From the IMG/VR virus record IMGVR_UViG_3300034091_000019, positions 1-36,996 of that record: DNA of 36,996 nt. One strand, given 5' to 3'. The translations under genes and the position numbers were made by a program. Shown here in pieces: positions 19,309 through 28,194 of the stretch. The notes below the pieces were generated by a model. The model did no database searches. It was not told the origin of the DNA and worked only from the letters and a program-made list of their open reading frames with translations. The stretch's first letter is position 1, and every line of letters starts with the position of its first letter. This stretch comes from a virus (lineage: Duplodnaviria > Caudoviricetes).

Positions 19309-20439
19309 TTATGCCGCCCGTCTTTTCTCTTCATCGGTAAGTTCATTACCGTTCAATTTGTCCCGAAGTTCTTTCGGTAAATCAGCAATCTCTTTAGGCG
19401 TCATTTTATTGACATCTATCTTGAGACCGCCATCATCTGTTTTGCCCTTAATGAATGCCGGTTGGTTCTTTAAGGCCGCAGCCGCTTTGTCCCGTTGTTC
19501 TTTTTCACGGGCTTCCCTTACCGTTTTTTGCGCTTCCGTTTCACCATCAGGCGGAGTAGTTACCGCCCCTATACGCAAGGCATGGCCGGGAGCAAGTTTG
19601 TCAATCGCCTTCTGAAGTGCTTGACCCGCCGTATATTTCGGGGATCCATCGGCTTTTTTTGCGTCCATAAGGTCGTTGCGAAGTTCCAGAACATCGTTGA
19701 TTGCTTCCTCATCAAAACCTTCAGCCGCTTTATTGAGGAAAGGATAGACTTCATAGGCGGCTTCAGCCACTTCGTCAAGTTCAGATTTCACAGCCGCCAG
19801 CGCCGCATTTTCCCCCTTGAGGCCGGAAACCGCATTACCCGCCCTAACATCGGCCTCCATCTGCATCAGTTGACGGTTGCCTTTGTTGTATTGCTTTACC
19901 GCTTCACGGTATTCATTGGAGTCAAACCCGTAATCAGCAAGGGCAGCCTGCTTGATAAGATCAAGCTCAACAACTTGATTTTCCATTTGTTCAAGAGGGT
20001 CTACTTTAACTTCAGGTTTCAATTCCCCTTTTTTGGCAAGTTCAAGTTGTTCTTTGAGTAACTTGTTTTCAGCCTCAGTAGCCGCCGCCCGTTCCTCAGC
20101 AGTCTTTTTGGCTTCATTAATTTCATTAAACCGGCCTTGGGGGATAAACCCTTTCTTTTCCAGATCCTTTGCTTCCTCGACTAACTTTTCAGCCGCCAGC
20201 CTGTCAGCCTCAGCTTTATCAGCCGCTTCCTTCTCTGCCGCTAGGCGTTCCGCCTCAGCGTTTACCGCCGCTTCCTTGTTTTCAGGAGCCAGTTTAGCCA
20301 ACTCCGCGAGAAATTTAGGAGAAAACTCAGGGGGCAGAGTCATCAGGCCATCAGGGTTATCAATTTTCAACTGGTCTTCAGTGAGAACATCGCCTCTATC
20401 TTCGGGCGTAAAATTATCACCTTCATGAATTACGGACAT
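19309..20439 (-). CDS. Scaffolding protein
   Basis: Acidic coiled coil, IPQGRFNEI motif, C-terminal IDVNKMT.KE...LP.E.R.KL.G capsid-binding-type motif. Confidence 0.8.
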   Translation of the reverse strand: MSVIHEGDNFTPEDRGDVLTEDQLKIDNPDGLMTLPPEFSPKFLAELAKLAPENKEAAVNAEAERLAAEKEAADKAEADRLAAEKLVEEAKDLEKKGFIPQGRFNEINEAKKTAEERAAATEAENKLLKEQLELAKKGELKPEVKVDPLEQMENQVVELDLIKQAALADYGFDSNEYREAVKQYNKGNRQLMQMEADVRAGNAVSGLKGENAALAAVKSELDEVAEAAYEVYPFLNKAAEGFDEEAINDVLELRNDLMDAKKADGSPKYTAGQALQKAIDKLAPGHALRIGAVTTPPDGETEAQKTVREAREKEQRDKAAAALKNQPAFIKGKTDDGGLKIDVNKMTPKEIADLPKELRDKLNGNELTDEEKRRAA

Positions 20440-20465
20440 TGTTGTTACCTCCTATAAAATCAAAG

Positions 20466-20693
20466 TTACTTCTTACTCTTTGCCATATCGACATGGTGGA
20501 GAACATGCCCTAGTTCTTCAAGGCGTTCTTTGGCAAGCATGCCGATTGCCTCCATCATTTTTGTATCGGCTTCAATCTGTTTGGCGCGTCCGATACATTC
20601 CATAGCCGATTTTACATCCCAACGATGAAAACCATTAATCTTCTGTTCTTCTTTCGGTATCATGGGTCTACCCCCTGCGATAGTTTTTATCAT
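20466..20693 (-). CDS. Small conserved protein between portal and scaffold
   Basis: RWDVKSAMECIGRAKQIEAD motif; ATGA-coupled to the portal gene. Confidence 0.7.
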   Translation of the reverse strand: MIKTIAGGRPMIPKEEQKINGFHRWDVKSAMECIGRAKQIEADTKMMEAIGMLAKERLEELGHVLHHVDMAKSKK

Positions 20694-22843
20694 GCCGTTG
20701 CTCCCCCTTCAATTCCGGCATCTGTACCCGCTGTTGCAGAAGGAGGAAGCGCGGGGAAATTGGGATGTGTATTTGGCGGTATATCAGCAATATGGCCAGA
20801 CCCGCTTATAGGAGTCGGGATTTGCGCATCTTTAAACCCTGTCGAGAGTAACAATTCATCGGCAATCGGCGCGGAACCTGGAACCGCAGATAGAATTTGC
20901 GCTGCATGGACGCTACCGAATATTGATTGTATGTATGATTCTATTGCCTTTGCGTCTGTCGCGTTCGCTTCACTCATCATTTTCTTAACTTTGGCTTGAA
21001 TCAACTGCATGTTCATCTGAGCCGCGCCGCCATCGTCTTTAGGTTGACCCATCTTTTCAGCCAGTTCGTGTTTTTTATCAATGTTCGACCGGAGAACCAT
21101 TTCATCATCAGGAATATCAACTCCAAGCTCTTTCAAAGCTTTCAGTTCATTAAACTGAGTTTCCAGCCATGTTCTAGCTGTCGGCCTAGTAGCAACAACC
21201 ACGTCATACTCTCCAACCGTGATATCGTTCAATATAGTGCCATCGGCCTGCACCTGGTTAAGAGCAATAGATTCTTGTTTTTCTTTACCGTACTCATCAA
21301 CATCAGTTATAGTGAAGAGTCTGGGAGCAGTTATAAAATCTTGACCTAATTCGATTATCTTCCGACCTACCAGCGACCGGGTAAATTCAAGATTGTCTAG
21401 CGGATCGGCCATAGCCAACTTACTTTGGAACATGCCACTTTGTAAAGAATCGCCAGCCTGGTGACTGCGTATCATCTCATCTGCGGCCTGTATGCCGGTT
21501 ACATCATGGACACCCTGTTTTCCTATTTCGACAAGATACCTTAACCCTTCCGGGAATTGGTTAGGCGTGATCTTTTCAGGTTTGCCAATATCTTTATCAT
21601 AACGAATGACAATCCCTGTTTTCGCGCCTTTATCCTGCAAGTCTTCTGGTGACATACCAACAAGAGTGCTCTTTTCTCCCTCTTGAGGCAGCAACCATCC
21701 TGAATTTGCACTTGTGTTCATTATATGAATGCCGTTTGAAAGTGACTTGTTTCTAAGTTCTTGTGGTGAAATGGCATTATCGACCATGCCTAACGTTGTT
21801 CCGTAATGAAATTCATAAAAGAAAGGAATAATAGTGTAAGAACGGTACGGCGACCATGTATCATGCAACATGCAAAAGCGGGTGCATACTCTCCAATGGA
21901 CACGCTTGATATTAACTTTTTCTACTACATAGCCCATTTCCGAGGCTTTTTTCTCTGATTCTTCCTTTTCTACATGTTCAGGGACTATCTGGCAATCTCC
22001 TGTTTTTGGATTTACGTAACAATCCGCTATACTCCACTTGTAATATTGACGTTCAATTATTCTTAACCTGTTTTCGCCAGCTTCCCGGCGTTCGTACATG
22101 TTTCTTATGCCGGCAACACCAAACCCATAGCGCATATCAAGCAGAGTGTGGTGAGGAAAATCATCAGTCCAGGGATTGTCGTTATAGAAACCGTGGGTAA
22201 ATTCGGCATGATCTCTAGCCTTTTTACCATACATCCCCTCTATTTGATCGAGTGAAAGCCAATAAAACGTTGTGACTTCGTTCCATTCTTGAGGATCGTA
22301 TGATTCTGTAAAAAGGTCTGGCATTACGGTAAGGGGGTTGCGATTCTGAATCAGGATATCGCCTTGAAGATTCCTATCGAACTTCATTCGGATATCCAAG
22401 TAACCCCGCTGGAAGATAAGACCGTCTTTCCATAATGACTTTTCAAGCCGGTGATAACCATTATCTTTTTGAACGTATAACGCAAATTGAGAAAGAGCTT
22501 TTGCTGTTACTTCGGATGATTCACCCTTACGAGGCATAAACGTTATATCGGCACGGGTAAAAATTTGCTCTCCAACTGCGGTTTGTACTGCCGGATGGAT
22601 ATGATTTTCTTCATGGCATTGACGAAACAAAACATTCTCAAAATATAGACGGTCTGCATCCGACCATTGACGCCCACCACCAAGATAATAACGGAAATTA
22701 CGATTAGCACGCTCCACATAATCCCTGTGCGAATTGTACATATAGAAGAGCCATCGTTCAAACTCGTCACAGCAAGCCCCTACTTCATCAATAGGTGCAA
22801 CGTAATCTCCCCTATCGGGTTTTTTTACTTCTTCATCAGCCAT
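20690..22843 (-). CDS. Portal protein (P22-like)
   Basis: YYLGGGRQW, N.I.PAV...GEQ, DGLI..RGY, ISPQE.RNK and NDITVGEYDVVV motifs; start reassigned to MADEE at 22843. Confidence 0.92.
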   Translation of the reverse strand: MADEEVKKPDRGDYVAPIDEVGACCDEFERWLFYMYNSHRDYVERANRNFRYYLGGGRQWSDADRLYFENVLFRQCHEENHIHPAVQTAVGEQIFTRADITFMPRKGESSEVTAKALSQFALYVQKDNGYHRLEKSLWKDGLIFQRGYLDIRMKFDRNLQGDILIQNRNPLTVMPDLFTESYDPQEWNEVTTFYWLSLDQIEGMYGKKARDHAEFTHGFYNDNPWTDDFPHHTLLDMRYGFGVAGIRNMYERREAGENRLRIIERQYYKWSIADCYVNPKTGDCQIVPEHVEKEESEKKASEMGYVVEKVNIKRVHWRVCTRFCMLHDTWSPYRSYTIIPFFYEFHYGTTLGMVDNAISPQELRNKSLSNGIHIMNTSANSGWLLPQEGEKSTLVGMSPEDLQDKGAKTGIVIRYDKDIGKPEKITPNQFPEGLRYLVEIGKQGVHDVTGIQAADEMIRSHQAGDSLQSGMFQSKLAMADPLDNLEFTRSLVGRKIIELGQDFITAPRLFTITDVDEYGKEKQESIALNQVQADGTILNDITVGEYDVVVATRPTARTWLETQFNELKALKELGVDIPDDEMVLRSNIDKKHELAEKMGQPKDDGGAAQMNMQLIQAKVKKMMSEANATDAKAIESYIQSIFGSVHAAQILSAVPGSAPIADELLLSTGFKDAQIPTPISGSGHIADIPPNTHPNFPALPPSATAGTDAGIEGGATA

Positions 22844-22860
22844 AAATCGCCTTGAAAATG

Positions 22861-22905
22861 AAAAAAGCCGGAAGCAAGGGATAATTCCCTTACAACCGGC
22901 CTTTC
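22861..22905 (-). terminator. Intrinsic terminator/attenuator just upstream of the portal gene
   Basis: GCCGG...AAGGGA-ATTA-TCCCTT...CCGGC followed by U6 on the minus strand. Confidence 0.6.
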
Positions 22906-22954
22906 GTGACAATCCTCCCCTTACTGCGAAGAGGCGGGACTAATCGAATCCGAT

Positions 22955-23107
22955 TTAATTAAGTTTTTCGTTAATTAGCAAGTGAGCATTATTAACACCC
23001 CCTTGGCTTATGTCTACTGTGATTAAAACTTTACCTGTATATTCAGCAGCAATCTTACCGGATTGTTTTAAAATGTCCACTATTTCTTTTGCTACTGACT
23101 TTTTCAT
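22955..23107 (-). CDS. 50-aa protein (YezD/DUF2292-like pattern); below the ORF-track cutoff
   Basis: MKKSVAKEIVDILKQSGKIAAEYTGKVLITVDISQGGVNNAHLLINEKLN; ATGA-coupled. Confidence 0.6.
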   Translation of the reverse strand: MKKSVAKEIVDILKQSGKIAAEYTGKVLITVDISQGGVNNAHLLINEKLN

Positions 23108-23274
23108 AAAGCTGAGTACCATTTTTGGCAAGCGTCACATTTAAAGAGGTTAAATTCCTTGATTTGTTCAGCATTCGGGCGCTGGTTAGGTACTGGATGA
23201 CGAAAATGTTTACATTTGCCTTGAAGAAAAGGCTTCTTACACCATGCGTGGACTGTCTCGTATAACCCTGCCAT
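23104..23274 (-). CDS. 56-aa Cys-containing protein
   Basis: MAGLYETVHAWCKKPF...KCDACQKWYSAL; its stop overlaps the next start. Confidence 0.5.
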   Translation of the reverse strand: MAGLYETVHAWCKKPFLQGKCKHFRHPVPNQRPNAEQIKEFNLFKCDACQKWYSAL

Positions 23275-23314
23275 GCGGAGAAAATACCTTTTTAATAAAA
23301 ATTTGTCAAACTTT

Positions 23315-23542
23315 TTATTCTTCGGGCTTTCTTATTTTCCCGGTTACGTTCATTTTGCCGGGATAAGTGACGGTATCTGTAGTATAACCACAGGCTTGGC
23401 AGTAAAGACCTTCCTCACGGGCAACGAGCATGTGACCATCAGGGCAAAGGTAAGGAACCAAGTCAGGATCAACTTTTTGTGTGCAGAGCCATTGGTGCGC
23501 GTTTACTGCGTTGACATGGCGTTCTTTTAACGGTGCCTTCAT
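23315..23542 (-). CDS. Small zinc-ribbon protein
   Basis: CPDGH...CQAC; ATGA coupling. Confidence 0.65.
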   Translation of the reverse strand: MKAPLKERHVNAVNAHQWLCTQKVDPDLVPYLCPDGHMLVAREEGLYCQACGYTTDTVTYPGKMNVTGKIRKPEE

Positions 23543-23751
23543 AAATCATCCCTCCCTTTCCTAGCTAATTGAGCTTCATATACACATTTTCGCATCATTC
23601 TTTCAAACTCTGTGCCGGTGATATTTGGTAAATCAGGCTCTTGCTGAGAAAGAATACCTGTCAATGTTTTAGTTAAAATATCATCCATGATTCTTTGCGA
23701 CCATTCAGCGAGTGCAATTTTACCAACTTCACCAAAATTAGTAAGTGCCAT
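23539..23751 (-). CDS. 70-aa protein resembling the MCP N-terminus
   Basis: MALTNFG-x9-W versus MCP MGYTNFG-x9-W. Confidence 0.6.
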   Translation of the reverse strand: MALTNFGEVGKIALAEWSQRIMDDILTKTLTGILSQQEPDLPNITGTEFERMMRKCVYEAQLARKGRDDL

Positions 23752-23983
23752 CGGTCATTCCAACGCAGCACCCATTGAAAAGGATATAATATGTATCCCA
23801 CCCAATACGTTTATCAAATCCAACATGATCGAGAGTTATTAGGGCCGGTGTAATACTATCAGTACCCATGCCTTGCAACCACTCTTTTGTAAGATATTCA
23901 GCTATAGCTTCAGGAGTAGGTTCTATTTCGGCAACAGTAGCCATACTATCATCTAGAGTGCCTCTATGCGCCCGGATTTTCAT
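23738..23983 (-). CDS. Conserved phage hypothetical protein
   Basis: MKIRAHRGTLDDSMATVAEI...DKRIGWDTY; GGAGG RBS before 23983. Confidence 0.7.
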   Translation of the reverse strand: MKIRAHRGTLDDSMATVAEIEPTPEAIAEYLTKEWLQGMGTDSITPALITLDHVGFDKRIGWDTYYILFNGCCVGMTDGTY

Positions 23984-24197
23984 AATGTTCCCCTCCATTA
24001 AATATACAGCAGATATAGTATTTATCACCTTTTTCCCACTTGCGGCCTTCTCTACCAAACATAGCCATGAAAGCCTTGTCTTGTCGAGTCATACGGGCCG
24101 CTTGAGCTTTTGATTTAACTATTCCAGGAGGAACGTTATTATATATCAGCACCTTAACGGCATTCCTAAATGATTCAATAGTTAATACATCTTTCAT
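23964..24197 (-). CDS. 77-aa protein with a capsid A-domain-like motif
   Basis: LTIESFRNAVKVL..NNVPP...GDKYYI; AGGGG RBS. Confidence 0.6.
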   Translation of the reverse strand: MKDVLTIESFRNAVKVLIYNNVPPGIVKSKAQAARMTRQDKAFMAMFGREGRKWEKGDKYYICCIFNGGEHYENPGA

Positions 24198-24340
24198 ATT
24201 TCACCCCTAGTTATTATTTCAAAAAATATTTCATCAAATTTTTTAGCAAAATAGTCACTAAGAGCTTTGTCATTTGCATGTGCAAAGTTAATTCCCCAAG
24301 GCTCGACAATCCATTTCTTTGTGTAAAAGGATATACTTAT
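24194..24340 (-). CDS. 48-codon ORF with an ATA start (or pseudogene) resembling the MCP spine helix
   Basis: Exactly fills the gap between two genes (ATAA overlap at the 5' end, ATGA at the 3' end); encodes NFAHANDKALSDYFAKKFDEIFFEII. Confidence 0.45.
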   Translation of the reverse strand: MSISFYTKKWIVEPWGINFAHANDKALSDYFAKKFDEIFFEIITRGEI

Positions 24341-24552
24341 CCCACGTTGTAGTGATGGAAAGTGTTGACTTCAAAGACAGGAATGCCGTGAATAGTGAAA
24401 TTCTCACCTTCTTGCACCCCTGGTTGCTTGTAATTTTTTATTTCGGCATCATTAAGCAGCATGTGATATTCTTCATGGCCGAGATAAATTCCTTTGACAC
24501 TTTCGCCGGTTGCTGAAGGTTTCATTAAATCCTCAACTATTTTGCGGATCAT
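24337..24552 (-). CDS. 71-aa protein resembling MCP residues ~242-291
   Basis: IYLGHEEYHMLLNDAEI...QPGVQEGENF..HGIPVFE; ATGA-coupled. Confidence 0.65.
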   Translation of the reverse strand: MIRKIVEDLMKPSATGESVKGIYLGHEEYHMLLNDAEIKNYKQPGVQEGENFTIHGIPVFEVNTFHHYNVG

Positions 24553-24974
24553 GGCTTATCTCCCCCTTTCGGCGGATAACAAACGCTGCATCCGTTCTTT
24601 CCGCATGGATTACTTTCGTTATAATCCTTGAAGAAATGTTCCGTGTCAAGTTGCTTTTTCTCCGTGTAAAGAGGCTCCTTGCCAAAGTCGGTTCCCTCTT
24701 TACCTAAACACATCGGTATTTCAGCGCCTACCGTATCTGGCACTTTAGTTGCGTTGTCCAATTGGAATTGCAGCACCCTGTCAAGCAAAAGAGTAACACT
24801 TTCGATATGTTCAGGATTTGCATTCAACCGTTTACATTCATCCCGGTAAGCTCTTAACGCCGTTGGTACAGCCAAGTCATGAGCGCAGAGTATTAAAGCA
24901 TTATCTTCTGTGTAAACCTTTTTATTTACAGGGTTTACCGCCACAAAACGAAATTTCCTATCAATTTTTTCCAT
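24549..24974 (-). CDS. Conserved phage hypothetical protein
   Basis: IDRKF.F.AVNP...YTE...A.D.A...AL.AY...KVPDT; AAGGAG RBS. Confidence 0.75.
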   Translation of the reverse strand: MEKIDRKFRFVAVNPVNKKVYTEDNALILCAHDLAVPTALRAYRDECKRLNANPEHIESVTLLLDRVLQFQLDNATKVPDTVGAEIPMCLGKEGTDFGKEPLYTEKKQLDTEHFFKDYNESNPCGKNGCSVCYPPKGGDKP

Positions 24975-24986
24975 TTTCCGCTCCTT

Positions 24987-26624
24987 TCAAGCGCATTGTG
25001 GGCTAGGGCCGCCACTGTTACCGCGACCTCGTAATATCCGCATCAATTCATCGTCAGGTGGTGATTGTTGCCTCCGAGGGGTATTAACACTAGCATAAAG
25101 TATTGATTCTCCTAAGTCTGGAGATACCCCTAACCTTTTTTTGATATCGTCTTTAGGTTCTATTATAATTCCTTTACCATCAAATTTCTTAGATAATCCC
25201 CATTTAGCAGCGCATAGTTCAGCTCTAATCTGGTTGCCTGGAGGAAGACAAACTTCACTGCCATATGCCGGGTCAAGAGATTCTCTAAACTTCCAATATA
25301 TCTCGGCACGTTTATTGGCAAATTTAAGAATCCCTGATCTGTCGCTTCCGTTTCCACTAGCCGCACCGTTGATAGGGATTACATATAAGCCATTGTTTTT
25401 TATATGATCATAGGCCGATTGACCTACGTTGAGAACGTCAATATGAATCGGTGCGCTATCTTTCAGGTGGTGGAATGCTAACTCAGCTACTTTGTTACCA
25501 TCAGTGATTGAAACTCCGGGATATTCAAAAGGTATCCCATACCAATTATCATACCTAGGACATAGACAAGTCCTGTCTTTACCACCCATTGAAACGTCAA
25601 TACCAAGTGAATCCATCTTTTTACCGCGATATCCATCTGCTTGCCAACGATCCTGCGCCGCTCTTACCCATTTTTCGGGAAGCACTTGCCAAGGATCTGC
25701 TTCTTTACCCGCCGAGAAGTCACCTTTCAACATCTGAGAGCGTAAAGGTTCTGGTAATGATTGTAGAGTCTTTTTGTAGCCTGATTGCATAAGGAAAACA
25801 TTATCTTCTATGCAAGAACGAATAAATGTCCTGGAAGTAGGAACAATAAATTCCCCACCTTCAGGGCATGTACGCTTATGACAAATTTTATTGTATGGGC
25901 ATTTTGCATGAGGACAATTGTAGTAGAAAGGTGTACCATGAGGACGCTCATAATCTTTACCATCTAACATGGCAAAGTATCTTAATTCTCCGTCTTTAGC
26001 AGGATTAGGATGATTTTCATTTAGCCATGGTCCCCAATAATCAATAACCCACATTCCGTCAGCGTCAGTCGGAGGGTTGCCACAACAGACTACACGGCAT
26101 TTTTCACCCTGTTTTGTTGTACGGAGCCAACCGCAAAGATATCTGAATTGGGCTTCAGTGAAGTGTGTAATTTCATCGAACCCTTTGAGTGAGTGTTCAT
26201 GACCTTGATGTTTAATTTCTGAACCAATTTCAGCGCAAGCTCCAAACTCAATAAATCTACCGTCAGTGAATCTCCAAGTAATAGGATAGTTTCTATTTAA
26301 TCCTTCTTTATGACCAACCATATTGATACATTTGTCAACTATATCATCTAACTCAGTACCAACACGGCGCATTATTAATGATCTTGAATGTGCTGTTAGA
26401 GCAAGTCCGCATAATAAAAAAGTTTTACCACCTCCGGCTGCGCCACCATAAAATAAAATATCAGCTTCACTATAATAAGCCGCTGTTTGCGGCCCTGGCT
26501 GCGGTGTAAATAAAGGAAGAGACATTTTTGCAACTAAATTTTGCAATTCTCTTAATTCATCAGGGTCAGCCATTCCTATAGCTTGTTGCAATAAAAAAGG
26601 GTCTATAGTCTCAATAGGAGGCAT
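24987..26624 (-). CDS. terL: Terminase large subunit
   Basis: PQPGPQ adenine-binding motif, Walker A GGAAGGGKT, Walker B GFDEITHF, GNP, RNase H-like GIDV..GG.D, SPDLGES; start MPPIET with GGAG RBS. Confidence 0.95.
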   Translation of the reverse strand: MPPIETIDPFLLQQAIGMADPDELRELQNLVAKMSLPLFTPQPGPQTAAYYSEADILFYGGAAGGGKTFLLCGLALTAHSRSLIMRRVGTELDDIVDKCINMVGHKEGLNRNYPITWRFTDGRFIEFGACAEIGSEIKHQGHEHSLKGFDEITHFTEAQFRYLCGWLRTTKQGEKCRVVCCGNPPTDADGMWVIDYWGPWLNENHPNPAKDGELRYFAMLDGKDYERPHGTPFYYNCPHAKCPYNKICHKRTCPEGGEFIVPTSRTFIRSCIEDNVFLMQSGYKKTLQSLPEPLRSQMLKGDFSAGKEADPWQVLPEKWVRAAQDRWQADGYRGKKMDSLGIDVSMGGKDRTCLCPRYDNWYGIPFEYPGVSITDGNKVAELAFHHLKDSAPIHIDVLNVGQSAYDHIKNNGLYVIPINGAASGNGSDRSGILKFANKRAEIYWKFRESLDPAYGSEVCLPPGNQIRAELCAAKWGLSKKFDGKGIIIEPKDDIKKRLGVSPDLGESILYASVNTPRRQQSPPDDELMRILRGRGNSGGPSPQCA

Positions 26625-27078
26625 GGTTGAGTATTCTCCATACAGTAGAGCTTGAAACACCTAGCTCTTTAGCCCAACATCTTAGTGTTTTTGCTCTGCC
26701 AATTTTACGTATTTGTTTAATTTCTTCTAAACTGAATTTTGCCATTGAGTGTTTTATGCCCCTATTGTCAATATTGCGTCCTTTTTGCGCTCTATCTTTA
26801 TTATTGTCCGCAGTTGTGCCTAAAAAGTGATGAGCATCATTACAACAGGGAGGATTGTCACAATGGTGACATATTTTCATGTTTTCAGGGATAGGGCCAT
26901 GAAGTAATTCCCATGACACGCGATGGGCTTTATCATGTTTCCCATGAAAATGTATTTCTCCATAACCGTCTTTATCCGTAGTTCCAGTCCACGGCCAGCA
27001 ATCATTCGGGCCTCGCTTATCCACTTTAGCCCAAAATCTTATATGAATTTGTCTACGAAAATAATGTCCTGTTGGCAT
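26611..27078 (-). CDS. HNH endonuclease with a C-terminal HTH
   Basis: RFWAKVDK..CWPWTG, AHRVSW, CHHCDNPPCCN..H.FLGT..DN..D. Confidence 0.92.
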   Translation of the reverse strand: MPTGHYFRRQIHIRFWAKVDKRGPNDCWPWTGTTDKDGYGEIHFHGKHDKAHRVSWELLHGPIPENMKICHHCDNPPCCNDAHHFLGTTADNNKDRAQKGRNIDNRGIKHSMAKFSLEEIKQIRKIGRAKTLRCWAKELGVSSSTVWRILNHASY

Positions 27079-27079
27079 T

Positions 27080-27553
27080 TTATATCCCGTAAGTGTCCCG
27101 TACAAATTGAATAGCCTCATCCGCACCTTTTGCAACATATATTATCCAATTGTAAGATTTAAGCCGTTCTAACCATTCCTTTTGTTCAGGTGATACCGTG
27201 CCGCCTTTACGACGCTTTAATTCGATCACAACACCGGGAGCACCCATAATTGGCCTGATAATCCACACATCGGGAACACCTTTTTTCACTCCTTGCGCCT
27301 TCATTTTTTTGGCTTCAACTGAAACCCGCACTCCATTTTTATCTTCTTTAGAAGGTCGAATACCCCCGTTTGGTACGTGAAACCAATCTCCAGGCATCAT
27401 TAAATCAAGGAATTGCGCTAAAGTTACTTGCTCTACCTCTTCCAGAGGACAAGGCAAATCACTTGGAAGGATTGAAGGAGCCAGGACGCGCTTAGACGCC
27501 CCGGCTTTTTTGACTATGTGTTCTTGATACCATTTTTCGTCAAAACCCTTCAA
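27080..27553 (-). CDS. VRR-NUC domain nuclease (resolvase-like)
   Basis: E..EQ, FHVPNGG, GVKKGVPD, IELKR..GG.VSPEQKEW. Confidence 0.9.
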   Translation of the reverse strand: MKGFDEKWYQEHIVKKAGASKRVLAPSILPSDLPCPLEEVEQVTLAQFLDLMMPGDWFHVPNGGIRPSKEDKNGVRVSVEAKKMKAQGVKKGVPDVWIIRPIMGAPGVVIELKRRKGGTVSPEQKEWLERLKSYNWIIYVAKGADEAIQFVRDTYGI

Positions 27554-27556
27554 GAT

Positions 27557-27811
27557 TTACTCCGCTGTCAGTAAAGGTTTCAGACTTTCAATAACTGCCT
27601 TGAAAAGTGATTGTTTTACCTTCTCTTCAGGCGTGGCACTCTCATCTATCGGCATGTAATGGCCGGTTATGGCATCCTCTACTTTAAGTATGAATTTGTC
27701 TTTTGCTCCGTTACTAAGCGCCCACCAGCCAGGGATTGTAAAATCTTCCAAAGCTTCCCTGTAAGTCTTAAAAGTTGTGTAAGCGATTTCTGCAATACTT
27801 TCGGAAGTCAT
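27557..27811 (-). CDS. Hypothetical protein
   Basis: Coupled to its neighbours; W..L....K and EEKVKQSLF pattern. Confidence 0.65.
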   Translation of the reverse strand: MTSESIAEIAYTTFKTYREALEDFTIPGWWALSNGAKDKFILKVEDAITGHYMPIDESATPEEKVKQSLFKAVIESLKPLLTAE

Positions 27812-28098
27812 CAGTAGAGCACCGAGTGGCGAACTAGTCCGCCAACAATTACATGGAAAGAAACACCCTGTTGGACAGTAGTTCCTTCCCCATAAGCGGC
27901 AACTGCAAGTTTTGCAATCTGATCTTGCAGAACAGCAGCTTGTGCCGGGGTAAGAACCGCTGGCGGAGTTGTGCCAGTAGATGTTACCGGGGTAGGGTTA
28001 TTTACCACCGTGGATATCTCTGCCGGCTGAGTAACAGGAGGACTTCCCCCTATCGCCGGTTCAGGTACTTGCTTTACTGCTGGGTCTTGACCTTGCAT
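27811..28098 (-). CDS. Pro/Thr-rich hypothetical protein
   Basis: AAGGAG RBS. Confidence 0.65.
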   Translation of the reverse strand: MQGQDPAVKQVPEPAIGGSPPVTQPAEISTVVNNPTPVTSTGTTPPAVLTPAQAAVLQDQIAKLAVAAYGEGTTVQQGVSFHVIVGGLVRHSVLY

Positions 28099-28116
28099 GG
28101 TTATCTCCTTTCAGTT

Positions 28117-28186
28117 TAAAAAATGGGGACCTCCGGACCATCCTTTGGTCCCCTACCACCATGAACAGGGGCATGTCAACCCCTGG
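28117..28186 (-). terminator. Two hairpins, the second followed by a U-tract
   Basis: CAGGGG...CCCCTG and GGGGACC...GGTCCCC-ATTTTT on the minus strand. Confidence 0.5.
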
Positions 28187-28194
28187 TGAAGCTG

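Noticed and set aside
22843-22912. Longer portal N-terminus given in the ORF track
   Set aside because: The extension runs through a terminator-like hairpin; MADEE is the more plausible start
1922-25967. Many plus-strand ORFs (e.g. 1922..2626, 18303..18707, 19495..20061)
   Set aside because: Antisense to well-supported minus-strand genes, with no RBS or motifs
26611-27078. HNH as part of an intron or intein in terL
   Set aside because: It lies upstream of terL with only a short overlap; terL is continuous from its own start
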